A stretch of DNA of 64,000 bases from the human T2T-CHM13v2.0 reference genome, Homo sapiens, in the NCBI RefSeq assembly GCF_009914755.1, contig NC_060928.1; one strand, 5' to 3'. The stretch's first letter is position 1, and each line of letters starts with the position of its first letter. Position numbers and translations under genes: made by a program. The notes under the pieces were generated by a model. It was not told the DNA's origin, made no database searches, and saw only the letters and a program-made list of their open reading frames with translations. Of this stretch, positions 1 through 13,595 are shown in pieces.

Positions 1-1280
1 TTTTTCAGGTTGAAAAAGTTCACTCCCATTGCTTGATGGTTAAACATTTCTATAATGAAAGGTGATGAATTCTGTCAAATTTTTTCCTGCATCTAAAGAA
101 ATAATCATAGAGTTTTTACCATTTATTCTGTTAAAGTGGTATATTATATCAATTGATTTTTATATGTTAAATCAACTTATATTTCTGGGATAAATTTTAC
201 TTGGTCATGGGGTATAATTCTCTTTATATTGCTGGGATTGGCTTGCTAGTTTTGTCTTTGTTTTGAGAATTTTTATATCCATGTTCATTGCAGATACTGA
301 TCTATACTTTTCTTTCATGTGGTAGTTTTGTCTGGTTTTATTACCAGGATAATACTGACTTCACAGAATGACTTGAGGATTATAGAAGGGTTTGTGAAGA
401 ACTTGTAGTAATTCTTTGAACGTTTGATATCACTAGTGATGGAATCTGAACCTGAGCTTTCCTTTGTGTAAAGTTTTTTCTTTTAATTACTACCTTAAGC
501 TCTTTCTATATTATAGGTTTATTCAAATTGTCAATTTATGTTTTACTCACTTTTAATAATTTGTGAATTCCTAGAAATTTTTAAATTTCATATAGGTTGC
601 CTAATTTGTTAGCAAGCAGTTGTTTATACAATTTTCTTTCAGTCCTTATTTCTGAAAATTTGATATAGATATTACCTCTTTTATTTCTGTCTTTAGTAAT
701 TTGAGTCTTCTCTCTTTTTTTCTTTGTCAATATACCTAATTGTTCATCAGTATTGTTGGTCTTTCAAAAAACCACTTTTGTTTCATTGATTATCTCCGTA
801 AGTTGTCTATGTTGCATTTTTCTTTATTCTGCTCCTCTAATCTTTATTATTTCCTTCCTTCTGCTTGCTTTGGGTTTAGTTTGCTCTTCTAGTACTTATT
901 TCTTAATGTGGAAAGTTAAGTTATTGATGTGAGATATTATTTATTTTACACAGGCATTTGCAGCAATAAATTTCCTGCTGAGCACCATTTTACCTGAATT
1001 TCATGTTTTGGTATTCATTTTCATTCATTTCAAACTATTCTATTATTTATCTTGAGGTTTCTTCTTTGAAGCACAGATTCTTCATGAATGTGTTCATTTC
1101 CATATGTTTATAAATTTCCAAATTTATTTATTTAGAAATCAGTAATAGAAACAAAGTTGTTTATATGTTTATAAATTTCCAAAATTTCTGAATTTATGAA
1201 TATACAAACAAATTTGTTTCTATTACTGATTTCTAATTTAATTCCATTTTGGTTGAGGAGCATAGTTTTTATGATTTGAA
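1..1280 (-). mobile_element. Old L1 (L1M-type) ORF2 fragment, decayed
   Basis: T-rich antisense L1 ORF2-like motifs, e.g. 'tttctgggataaattttacttggtcatggggtataatt' and 'ttccttcttctgcttgctttgggtttagtttgctctt'. No intact ORF. Confidence 0.8.
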
Positions 1281-2123
1281 AGGAGTAAATACATTAAATT
1301 AGTTAAGATAAATCTGAATACAATATATCCAGAAAACACAAAATGATAGCTGGAAATCTCAGTATAAAAAACACATGGTAAACATTTAGAAAATAAAAAC
1401 AAAGTACCCCACTATATCATTCAGAGAGATTTGCTTTTTTAAAATAATGTTATAACTTTCTTCTTTTTAACAGTTGCTTTATTTGTGAAGAGAATTTCTA
1501 GAAAACAATGTCATAGGGTAGAAAATATGGGTAAGATGTCACTATATGAAAGTTTATATCTAGTAGAAAAATTCTGAACTAATTGATTACTAGTATCAAG
1601 TCAATTCAGAAAAATCTTTTACAGAAATTTATCCTTGGCACCAGCTTGACAATGTTGTACAAGGAAAACGTAATTAATAATCATTAAGTCCTTGTTTAGA
1701 TGGATATTTTTAAGAAGGAAGACACAACCCAGTTTCAAACTGAATTTAATATAATAGAATGAATATAAAGAAAATAACAAGATGAAAGTTTAACAAGCAT
1801 TTGAATTCAAAGCATCAATTTTTCCATTAATAATAGTCATTTCAGGAAAGCTCAGTGGATATTCACTTAATATTGACAAAGCTTAACAGAAATAAAACAA
1901 TATGAAAATTAATTATATACCACTCCAATACTAAGCATACACAGTTCACTAAATCCTTACGTTTGTGCCTGTTTGTCCCTAGCTAGTACCCTGCTTCCCT
2001 GATCTTTCCAATAGAATTTCCCAGTTGAGTTTCTGTTTGTTTTCTCTAATTCTTTACCTCCCTGTTTCCTATTCTATTCACTCTGAAAGTGCTTTCATCC
2101 TCAACACTTCACAAACATGGTCA

Positions 2124-2635
2124 TTTTTAATTTTTAATTTTTATTGATACATAATAGTAGTATATATCAAAATACATGTAATGCTTTAATAAAAACATAC
2201 AATATATAATGATCAAATCTGAGTAATTGGGATATCATCCATCACCTCACACATTTGCCATTTCTTTGTGTTGGGAACATTCCAAGTCTACTTTATTATT
2301 CTGCCATAAAAAAATAATAAGACCTTGTCATTTGCAGCAACATGGATGGAACTGGAAGTTATTATTTTCAGTGAAATAAGCCAGGCACAGAATGACAAAC
2401 ATTTCATGTTCTTACTCACTTGTATGTGGGCGCTACAAGTTATATAAAATATAATGGGGGTAGTTACTAGAATGGCAGTTACCGGAGGCTGGGAAGGGTC
2501 ATAGGAATTGCAGGGATAAAGAGGTGTTGGTTAATGGGTACAAAATACAGTTAGATAAGAGGAATAAGATCCAGTGTTCAGGAGCAAATAGGATGACTAT
2601 AGTTAACAATAATTTATTGTATATTTCAAAATAGC
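2124..2635 (-). mobile_element. L1MA-type 3' end with inverted 5' segment
   Basis: 2124-2293 is an antisense L1MA terminal 3'UTR with a T-rich tail. 2294-2635 is the sense ORF2 end/3'UTR ('gccataaaaaaa...gcaacatggatggaactggaag...gtatatttcaaaatagc'). Confidence 0.85.
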
Positions 2636-2874
2636 ATGACTTTTTATCAAGGTTGGCCAGATACCATCTTCCAACAACTAAAAGTGAATTTATGTTTTTG
2701 TAACTTGTTATTTTTCTTGGCTTTTGTGATATCAAATTTATGAATTTCTTACTACTCTATGGGCCATTTTTTCTCAAAATCTTTTGTTGGTTTTTGCTTC
2801 TCTGCTTAAGTTATTGATTAGGCTCTTCCTCTGGCTCATCTTCAGTATCATGTTTATTTCAAGATATTATATAT

Positions 2875-4800
2875 TTATTCACTCATTGAAAAAATGTTTG
2901 TTGAGCAACTGCTTTATGTCATTTGCTATTCTGTAATTTGTAAATTCAAATTTAAGTAGAATTATTTTACCTAATGGTTCACACAGGATGAACAAGACCA
3001 GGATTTCTCAAAAAAACAGGAATATTATGATAATCATAATTGAGTTGGGGGAAGGTATAATGGAACACAATATTTACAGGAAGTAGGTCATGTAAGAGGA
3101 AATGTGCCAACTAGAACTGATGAAAACAGGTTTTACAGGTGAGATTGAAAGTAAGCATTAAAAATAAATAGAATTACATTATGTGACAAGAGAGAAAACA
3201 CACAAACATGATATGAAAATGGTAAATAATTTAAATTACTAGAATTTACAACTGTAGTGAGAAACAAGATAATAGAAGTAAGGAAATGCCACTACGTTAT
3301 AAAAGGGCTTTTATAATACGCTGAAATGTTAATTTTTTATTCAAAAAGCAATGAGTTGCCATTGACGATCTGTAGAGAGGTGGTGACTGGCATAATGAGA
3401 TTTGTATTTTTAAAATGCTTTTGTTATTCATATTAATATTTTTCTCACATTAATATAGTAAGTATTTGGGGTGAGGGAAACAAGTAACATAGTTACAAGT
3501 TCTGCAACATTCTATTTGAAATGTTACTGAGGCCTTAAATAAGATATGGGCAATTAGGCTGAAAAGGAAGGGTTGGACACAAAATATAAATAAGATTTAT
3601 GGAATTAATAAGACACAGGAATAAATTAAATGTAGAGAGGAAAGAGCACAGGTACCACTCATGTTTCTGGTGTGAGTGACCAGGTGAAAGTGCAAGTTGC
3701 TACAATAATAAACACTGAGGAAGTAGAATGCTCTGTGTTTGGCCAGCCTAGGAGGCCCATTCTGGGATACCATCAATCCGGTGTGTTTGTTTTTTTCTTT
3801 CCCGAACAATATCCACTGTCATTTTTAAGCAGAGAACAAATGAGATTATTGGAAAGTTATAGAGTAGCTTAGAAAACAAATGAGGTCTACAGAACTAGAT
3901 AAAGAAAACTGTCAAAAGCAGTGGAAGGTTAGGTAGAGAATTCACACAAGGTCATGACATACAGGAACAGCATCAGTAGGGTACCACTGTGGCATGACTG
4001 CTGCTGGCCTCTTGACACTGTCACAACCTCCTGCACCATTAATTTTTTTTTAATTTTTTACCAGAATTTCCTTGTTATTTCCTATGGATTCAAATCTCAG
4101 AGGGAAGCTAAGTAACTCGCCAGACTGCAATCAAGTGTTTTCTCTTGGCCGCCTGGCATCAGGGAGAGGGTTCTTGGTTTTTTTTCTAGAAGACAAAGTC
4201 CTGCCTGCCATGCAGGAAAACGTCGAGGGTGTTCCACTCAAACCACAGGTGTTTTTAGATGTTAGTTGGCTAAAAAATAAAATAATAAACAAAGTGATAA
4301 ATGTCATCTACATGAGTAAATGAGGTGAGAAATCTCCATAGGAGATTCCACCTACACAGTTGCCTGTGTGAGTTTGGGACATCAAATATTGATTTAAGTT
4401 TTCTACTCATCAGATGGAGCTGGAGCTGGCACGGGTATTCGCTAAAGCTATAGCAACAGCTTTGATTATCCAAGTAATAAATCTAGATTGGGCAGAGGAA
4501 AGATTCCAGACTGTTAGGACGATTAGTAATGCTTAAACACAGAGAAAACCTGGTAGCCCACAAAGCAGAATTAATAGAAATAGTCCGTAAAGCAGGAAAA
4601 GAGTTGTTTTCAACAAAACACAAAACTCAGAGTTTCAGGAGGAGAGATTAGACAACTGTGTTAAATGCTTCTGCAGTGGAATAACACAGCAGTTGGTAAC
4701 AGAAGCTAATGCAGGGAAGGTCCCTAATGACCGTTAATTCAGTGAAAGCTTGAATAGAAGCAAATAATTATTGGGTTAAAAGGATAGTAGAAAATGATTA
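2875..4800 (-). mobile_element. L2 element fragments, highly decayed, probably interrupted
   Basis: Starts with the L2 3'-end motif 'ttattcactcattgaaaaaatgtttgttgagcaactgc', followed by purine-rich L2-like sequence. Confidence 0.5.
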
Positions 4801-5597
4801 ATCAAGGACAATATGCATGGAAAATAATTTATTGTTTTACTGCAATATTGTCCTTTTACTGGGAAAGAAAGGAAAGCAGAATAGTGGATAGGAAGAAAAA
4901 GGATTTGTGGTATTTTTACTTCTTTGAATATTTATTTCGAGCAACATTAATGTGATAATAGGCTCATCAGATGGGGGTTGAAGATCTAGGCATTGAAGTC
5001 ATGTGTGAGAGGAAATTTTGGAAGAAAAATTCTAGAATTAACACTTTATAATGAAATATTTTAATTATCAAGCTATCTTGTTATCCCTTTTTGGTATCCT
5101 TCAACTTAAAATATTTCCAAAGGAAAAAAAAAAAAAAGAAAGGGAACAATATAAGAGAAAAGAAGACACTTAAAAAAAATCCTTACAGAGGAGCACAGAC
5201 AAAAGCCATAATGTATTCTGCATTGCTACCTATATTTTTTTTTCTGGAAAGGAGAAGTACTTTTCTTCATACAAGCCAAATATTTTGTAATAATACCTTT
5301 AGCTAAAGAATCCACTGATGACTTCACAGGCAGAATTTTCTATATAAAGCATAGGTAATTAGTGCCTCAGATTATGTATGAGCATCTGATGGCCCAGTTA
5401 GTCCTTCAGAGAAGCTAGTTTTATTGTTGCATTGTTTCTTCTGCATTATTTCCAATTTTAATGTGGCCTCACTATTTAGAGAACTCACTTTATACTTTAA
5501 TGACTCCACCTGAAAATTGAGGAACTTTAGAATCTAATTTGTATATATCTTCATACTCACACACAGGATAGCTAAAATAACATCAATATAGACGACG

Positions 5598-6622
5598 TCT
5601 GACAAAATCTCATTGACTAAACTTTAGTCAAGTTCCTCTAGGCCCTCTTCTCAATGAGACACTGTCCTTGCTAGACATGCATAGCCTAGCAAGACTGCTG
5701 TTTAGTCAGTTTAGCCAGACTTATGCCCAACGCTTGATAACCAACCACCATCCTCCACCATCCACCCAGATGGTATCTGGTCAACCTGGCCTGCCTTGAG
5801 AAAGAATCCTGTTTGATCAGCCTATAGGAATCCTCTAGCCTTGATGTTTCCTCTTAGTAATTTCCCTTCCACTGACATTCCCAACACTGCTCCTTGGCTA
5901 TACACCCCTACTTTACCTTGTATTTGGAACTGGTCTCAGTTCTATACTGAGCTCTCCTTTCTCCCATTTTAATATGTTGAGAAAGGCAGTATCACATGTA
6001 CTGTCTTTTGACTCCTACTAGGCCACATAAGAATGGGCCTTGGGCCTGGCACACTTCCTTACCAAGAGGTACCACGCCCACACCACCTGTGTGGGCTTAT
6101 CACCTATGTAAGAATATCTTTTCCTGTTTGACACTCAGTGTCTTTGTTCTGCTTAAGTGTGCATATCATTGGTCGTCAGGCATGCCTCAGCTTTCAGTAT
6201 TTCAGAGTCATGGGATTGGGTCCTATTGCAGCAAGAGAGGGCTGCTGTTTACAGCCCAATCCCTGTGTAGGCTGAGAGTGGGGTGGGGATAAAGACTTAG
6301 TGGCCCACTAGCCCTTGGGGTGCAGAGGATATAAATGCACATTATTGCACCGATCTTGCTCTGTCTCTTCGACGTTAAATAAGAGTATTATTCCATCCAG
6401 TTCTTGACTGTGTTGTGTTTTCCTTGGTGACTCCGATGCCAAGTTATAAAGGGCAAAGGCATTTGGACTTTCTTTCTTTTGGTTGGCACAGTGATGACCT
6501 TTGTTATCTTCCTCTGATGTTGGTAGCCAGAGCACCGTTTTCTGCTCCATAAAATAGTTCCTAAATTAAATCTGTTTTTCCCACTTCAAGTACTGCCCTG
6601 CTCTGTTTTTTTTTTTTAAACA
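5598..6622 (+). mobile_element. MER31-like ERV1 solo LTR, split by a nested LTR at 5975-6551
   Basis: Motifs 'gactaaactttagtcaagttcctct', 'tgatgtttcctcttagtaatttccc' and 'ctgctccttggctata'. The LTR 3' end resumes after 6551. Confidence 0.75.
5975..6551 (+). mobile_element. ERVL-class solo LTR (MER54/MER70-group-like) nested in MER31
   Basis: Termini tgttgag...ctccata; near-TSD taata/aaata; motif 'cataagaatgggccttgggcctgg'. Subfamily is from memory. Confidence 0.65.
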
Positions 6623-8570
6623 CTTCCTTCAGTTCTAACAACATTTTAAAGTGAGTCTTATTCGTGCGTCTATATAAATGCTCATACATGTTTATTATAT
6701 TGCAACAAAATAATTTTGAATATAATTGAACTTTTACCAGCTTTCATTTAATAATAATTATATTATTCAATAGTTTTCCATTCAGGTATTCTATAGATTT
6801 ACTTCAAAATTAATCATCTCTCTCCCTGCTCTTTTTATTTGCAGTGATCACTACTCCTTTAATTGTTATATATATGCTCAATTTGACCTTCACTATTTCT
6901 TCCTTTCAAAAGATTTTGTTAAAAGGTCTTGCTTACATTTAATAAAATTATAGTCCTTTGGAGCCATCATTTATTATCAGATTAAAGGAAAACTGTTTTA
7001 TACTATTTACATTTTCTAATAATAAAGGAATTTATATATAAAGTACTTTTAGAATACTTCTTAAATTGCCATGATAATTACAGTGACATTCTCCTCTGTA
7101 CATTTTAAATAATATAATCATTCTTCTTTACATATCACAGTTTGAAATGCCTTAAATATTCATATTTATTTGAAATATAATTCAGAGAAATGCATTGGTA
7201 TGTTTGCCTTCTTGTTGAGTGTGCTTTATTACCAAGTGTTAGCCAAATATCTCACATAATAGCTAAAATTGTAAGTGATCTACAGTACTTACCCTCATTG
7301 TCAAATTTGCCCTTCTCTGTTATAAGTTTAATAGAAATTAAATAAGCAAATAAATTAAAATGATTGTTACTTATTCATGTAAGTTACTTTATAACAGTTA
7401 TGTTGGCATAGACAATCAAGAATTTACATATTCTTTGGGCTTTTTAATTTGTTTTTTTACTCTGGAAAAACACCCAGGTTGATCTCCTATAAATTCACAA
7501 TTATTCTTTTTGCATGTTTCTTTTTACAATATCTTTTTGCAAGTCAAAGGCATTTTATTCAATTTCTATTTAGACCAGTACTGCTGCCCTCTTTAAGATC
7601 TGGTTCATTTCATCCAAATGACTACTAAAGTTAGAAAGGAATTGCCAATTTACTAATCCCCTACTCTACCCACTCCCTGCCAGTTTCCCCCAGGTCAGCC
7701 TTTGATTGGATGAAAAATTTATGCATTTTTACACAAGCCTAATCAGAATGCGTGCAGAAAAACTCCATTGCACAATGGAGATGACTGCAAAAGCCCAGAG
7801 TTTATGTAAATAAGGGGGTGTTTGAGGTAGCCAATCTAGGACTCAAAAAGCCTGATTTGAGTGTGCCCAAGAATAGCTATAGAAAAGCATCTCTAGTTTG
7901 CATTTTAGCAGATGAGCTCTCCTTGCTGATTTTTGCATCAAAGTAAGTTAGTTCAGTTCTTTAAAGAACACAAAAGCATTACAGAAAACACTTTTTTCAA
8001 AGGTACAACCAAGGACTGCCAGCTAATTAAATTAACCTACATTTTTAGAGCTTTGTCATTACATATGGAAAATGAATGTAAGTGCTTTCTTTGTCAGAAA
8101 TCAATTCAATCATCATTAAAGTAACTCAAAAGAATCTCTCTCTCGTCTACTTTTGACACTGACATACACTAGTCAGTAAATTATATCAGCTGTTAATATA
8201 TCGTGTCTCACTTTTGTTTATTTTTTAATGTTCCTATACAAAATATTAGGTAAAGGAAAAATAACAGTTCCTCAGTTCTTATTTTGCATCAACCAGAGTC
8301 AACTAAAATATATATATTTCAAAGGGAGTATTTGGAAATTATTGAAAAAAATCCATATTATTTTAAATTATTTTGGTATTCTGGATATAGCTCATTATTA
8401 ATTTTGCTGTAGCATAAATGTATTTGTTTGACAGTGCTCTCCAAGACTTCTTCTTGATTGGTCACATTTGAGGATTAATATTTTATCATAATAGCTACCA
8501 TCTAAAAAGGCCATCATTTAGAGGTGACTTTTTCTTTTAACTTTCATGCCAATAGCAGGCAATAGCCTAT

Positions 8571-9035
8571 TGTTATTTGAAAAATGCCATACACACTTCA
8601 AGATACACCCACGTTCTAATTCCTGGAACCTATAAATGTGACCTTATTTGAGGATTAAAAATGTGCAAATGCAATTAAGTTAATGATCTTAAGAGATCAT
8701 CCTAGATCTTCCAGGTGGATAAATTCGATCACAAGTGTCCTTGTAAGAGAACTAGAGGGAGATTAGATTCACATACAGGACAAGATGATGTGAAAACAGA
8801 GGCACAGGTTGGAGTAAAGAGGCCATGAGCCAAGGGATACCAAGGAATGCTGGCAGCCACCAGGAGCTAGAGATGTGAGAAACAGATTCTCCCTCAGAGC
8901 CTCCCAGGAGAGCACAGTCCTTCTGACACCTCGATTTTGAAATTCTGGCCTCAAAAACTATGAGATAATAAATTCTGTGTCTTAAGATAACAAGGTTTTG
9001 GTAATTTGTTACTGCAGCATAAAGAAATATACACA
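8571..9035 (+). mobile_element. MLT1C-like MaLR solo LTR
   Basis: Motifs 'gccaagggataccaaggaatgctggcagccaccaggagctag', 'aacagattctccctcagagcctcc' and 'ggtaatttgttactgcagc'; TG...CA ends. Confidence 0.9.
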
Positions 9036-11909
9036 ACCTAAGGCCTTTTTCCTTAGCAAAGGCTTGAGCATCTCTCTTCTTCTCTTTCATACTTTTCTGA
9101 GTATCAAGTGTCTGGCTTGATAAAGTTCATGAATGTTGACATTTTAAAGTACTTTCTTTCTTTTCTTTTTTTTTTCCTATCTTGAAGAAGCCTGAGACAA
9201 AAATCTAAACTTCAAGTTTTTCTGTGGAGTAAGGGGTAAAAAAGCAAAATAAAGTTCTTTGCCTGAAGGTATTTAGGAAGCAGAATTTTGCATGTCAGAC
9301 TATTCAGTTGTGATATTTTTCTGAATTGGAGGTTGGAGCAAAAATATCAACTAATCATTTGTGTATCATAGTATTTATTATTTTTATTCTGTATTTACTA
9401 CATTATCTTATTAGTTGTCCAATGCAGTTTTCAGATATTTTTGGCCAATTAATAAGAATATAAAAATGTATTTTATAAGAATTATTAATAAATCAAAAAT
9501 TGTTTACATCAAAAATAAAATGTATTAGGATATTTTTAATGAATTTTTATTAGTATTCCTTTAGGTATTACTACTCTATATAGGCAAAGCAAGCTTTTTA
9601 CAAAATTCTACTAGTAGTCTAGCATGTCAGTTTAATCTGAAAAAAATTTGAACAAAAAGCCCAGTTAAAAAGAGACTCCCAAGTGTATGACAAAGTGTTA
9701 TTTTACCTGGCACAGAAATTGTGCATTATAAAGGTGAAGCGAACTCTTAAAGAACCAATGCCCTAAGCAAAAAGAGTGAGAGAATCTTAGACCTACAGCA
9801 ATTCAATGAATTAATATATCTGAGAGCCCTGAAGTAGTTAGTACTTGATTCAAGGCAGAAGTGGAGTTGCTCCACTCTTCATCTTCAAGTAAAGATGAAT
9901 GGGCTTTCATAATGGACCTTGCTCTGACAATGGGAATAAATGACTGTGATAGCTGAACACTTTCAAGGAGACTGGGAGATTCAATATGCAAAGTTTTTCA
10001 TTTTATCATTGGAAGTACAGCCTTGGATTATTACTGACAGCCAAGATGCAGTTAAAGTAAAGGCCACACATACTATTGGCAATAATAAATTTTAAAATCT
10101 GGTATCTTTTTGCTGAGGCCAACTCTGAGTCATTTATCAAAGAAAAAAAGAGGATAAAGAAAAAGAAGTACGTTGCTCTATTCCAGCTAAAAACAACATA
10201 TATACATTTTCCAGATTATTTTTGCATGAATACCAAAAAAACTATAGTTTTAAAATTGTGTTAATGAAACTATTCTCTAAATTCCTAATAATAGCAAATC
10301 CTATAAACACTAATAGTATAATGTAATTGAAATTAGTATACCTCCGTATTTTGATAAAGGCTTACAATATATTGTAAGAAGTTTATTTTTGTTATACAAG
10401 CCCAGAGTTAATAGATCCTTCAATTTTTTATTAACTAAATGCCTATTGTAATTATTTATTAAATAGTTCTGAGTTTTGCTTGAAAACCAAGACAAAATGT
10501 AGTTTTTAATTAACTATCAAATGGTTATTGAAGTGTTCAAACTGCATGGATAATTAGAAAATAATTTTTCTTTTTTTCTCAAAAATTATCTTCTTAATAT
10601 AATGATATATTTCTATCAAAAATGATTTATTTATCTCTATATTTTTATGAACATCAACTTTCATATTTGTATTACTCTTTTTATGTAGAATAAAGAACAT
10701 ATAAAATATAACTATAAAAAACAGTTCCCTATATTCTTCAATTTTACGATATATAGATGTTCTCATCTATGCAGCACAGGAAAAACTTGTTGACTTAGAA
10801 CTTATTTATTTATTTGAAAGAAAATCATGGAGAAACTAAACTTTTCAATTGGGTAAGCAATGAATACAATACATGGAAATATTTGATTCAAATACCACTC
10901 CAAATTCCCCCAATAAAAGTGGTTCTTTTTAATAACATAATGAGAGCAACATAGAGTGACAGGAAAGCACACAAGTCACAACAGTTAGTGATAAAGCGTT
11001 GCTAACAGCCAATATCTACAGACATATTAAGAAATATTCCGTTTGTCTTACTTTCCCCTAATGCACATTTTTTGGCACTTCCACAGGGAAAACTGTCCAA
11101 ACTATTGTTTATTTTTAGGGTCTTCGTTGTGGTCATGAAAATTGTGTAACCAGATGCAGGAAGCCTCAACCATCTCATTATTGAATTTTTATATTATTTT
11201 AGCACAGTCACAGTGAAGAATATAATGGAAAACATTCCAAGAAAAGGTCCACTCCTAGAAAGGACACAGATTAATGATAATAATCTCTGCTCCCAATTCT
11301 AGCAAATTACTTTGAGAGCAGGAGTTGTAGCTTCAAATGCATCTTTACTGTGTAGATTACAGGTACATAGAGCATCTGGGAAAGTTTGCCGGAAGTGTAG
11401 AACCTCAACACTCACGCCATGTGTGTGGTATGACCCATGAACTTAAAATTTGCATTTTAACAATCTATTGCCATTTAGATTTAAATGGTGACAGGAAACA
11501 TTTTAAAAGAAACATGTATTAATCACCTACAGGGTAGTTAGCTCAGTGTCATTTACTTTAGGTGCTATAAAATACGGAAGAAATATTCTGCATGATATAA
11601 TCTGTGATAATTGCAAAAGACTTACAAGCCCGGATCTCTTTGGTTTTATAGACACTATACATACGAGCATTTTATATGATTTTCTTATAAATGCATATTA
11701 TTGCAGTGAAAAGTCAGAAACTTTATACTAATAATTATGGCTAATATTACAAAGCAGAAAGATTGCACTGATATAAAGTTTTCCTTTTGGAAGCTATATA
11801 ATAAATTATGGTCTCTGGTGCAGTTCTATATTATTGGTTGATTTTATATAATATAAAGACTATAAATATAGAAAAATGTAATATAGACAATAAAGAATTA
11901 CTCTTATAA

Positions 11910-12470
11910 TAATGATAAAATTAATCATAAACCTATATTGAGCATTTCTCATATATCAGGCAGTTTATTAACTCTTTGTTAGTATTAAAATATTTAACCT
12001 TTTCAACAACGTATGTGCTAGGTGATTTTTTTTCTTTTTTTTTTTGAGACAGTGTCTAGTTCTATCACCCAGGCTGGAGTGCAGTGATGCAAACATGGCT
12101 TGTTTGCTGCTTGGAACTTCTGGGCTCCTGATCCTCTCACCTCGGTCTCCCGAGTAGCTGGGACTGAAGGTGCACACCACACCTGGCTATTTTTTTTGTT
12201 TTTAATTTTTTTATTTTATGTTGAGACAGTGTCTTACCATGTTGCCCAAGCTGGTCTTGAACTCCTGGGTTCATGGAATCTTCCTGCCTCAGCCTCCCAA
12301 AGTGTTGGGATTATAGGCAAGAGCCTCCATACGGGACTCTAGGTGACTATTAATTTCTATTTTAAATATGAGAGAAGTGTGGGAATACAGATAAACTTGG
12401 CCAAGTGTTCAGAGATTGGGGGACAGAGTCAGTGTTCATAAGATGACAACTTGAAACCTGGGTCATGTAC
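11910..12470 (-). mobile_element. MIR, split by an AluJ
   Basis: MIR-like 'tattgagcatttctcatatatcaggcag' left of the Alu and 'ttctattttaaatatgagagaa...aacttggccaag' to the right. Confidence 0.55.
12026..12337 (-). mobile_element. AluJ
   Basis: Antisense Alu dimer with a poly-T tail and J-type 'gtcttgaactcctgggttca'. TSD ctaggtga at 12018-12025 and 12339-12346. Confidence 0.93.
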
Positions 12471-13292
12471 ATGGATTTATCTGTGAATTTGTTGAAAGAA
12501 CTTGGAGAAAAAATTAAGAATTACAGAGATTAAATATTCTGCCAAAAGCCAGCATCTATATGCCAGTAGTCATCAATACCTATAATTAATTTTATGCATA
12601 ATTATCTATATAACCAGAATGTTAAATTTTTTTTCTCATATTATTTGGCTTTCTCTATCTGTAAAGGACATAATGATGTTGGGTTTACCTAAAAATTATG
12701 TACAATTTATTCCACATCATCATTTTAACCTTATATTCTACTTATTCAAGTGTGGGTGCCTTTAACCCATATTGCTTCATGTTCTATAATATTTCACACA
12801 CATTATTTATACAAAAGCAATATTTTATACCTGATTATAAAACTTTTTTTGAGCTAGGATGAAGAGACAAGTGAACCACAGTCTCATATTTTGAAGACAG
12901 GAAAGTGAAAACACTTACAAGGAAATAGTCTATAATATCTACAAAATGGTTTCTCAATTTCTGAATAGCCCATTTGTAAGACATGGTTCTAAATACATTT
13001 TAAAGGAAGATGAAGATAGGTCTAAGTCAAAAATAAATGCCATATATTCATATGCTAAAGGGTTGATGATTCAACATTAATGAAAGTTCCAAAGAAACTA
13101 TAACCTTCAACCAAAATAGAGAAAAAAAAGTAATAAAATCTCATCTTTAAAGGTAAAAAAATTCATCTATTTAAAAAGTAATTATTGAGTGATTATTTGG
13201 TGTCAGGCAGCATTTTAGGTGCTTGATTTACAACAATAAAGAAAACAAAAATCCCTGTACTTTGGGAACTTGCATTCTAACAATCACGTTTA

Positions 13293-13460
<168 letters not shown>

Positions 13461-13595
13461 ACAAAATAAGAAATAGAAAGGAAAAAAGGGAAGAAAAGAA
13501 AAGGAGAGAAGAGAAAAAAAAAAAAAGGAAAGGAGAGGAGAGCAGGGGAAAGAAGAAGTGAAGTGAAAAGAAAGGGGAAAGGGAAAAGAAAAAGA
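13461..13595 (+). repeat. GA-rich low-complexity tract derived from the Alu tail
   Basis: Almost pure purine run directly after the monomer. Confidence 0.9.

Noticed and set aside
9803-9991. 62-aa minus-strand ORF with protein-like composition
   Set aside because: Non-ATG start, no recognised homology and no convincing flanking splice sites.
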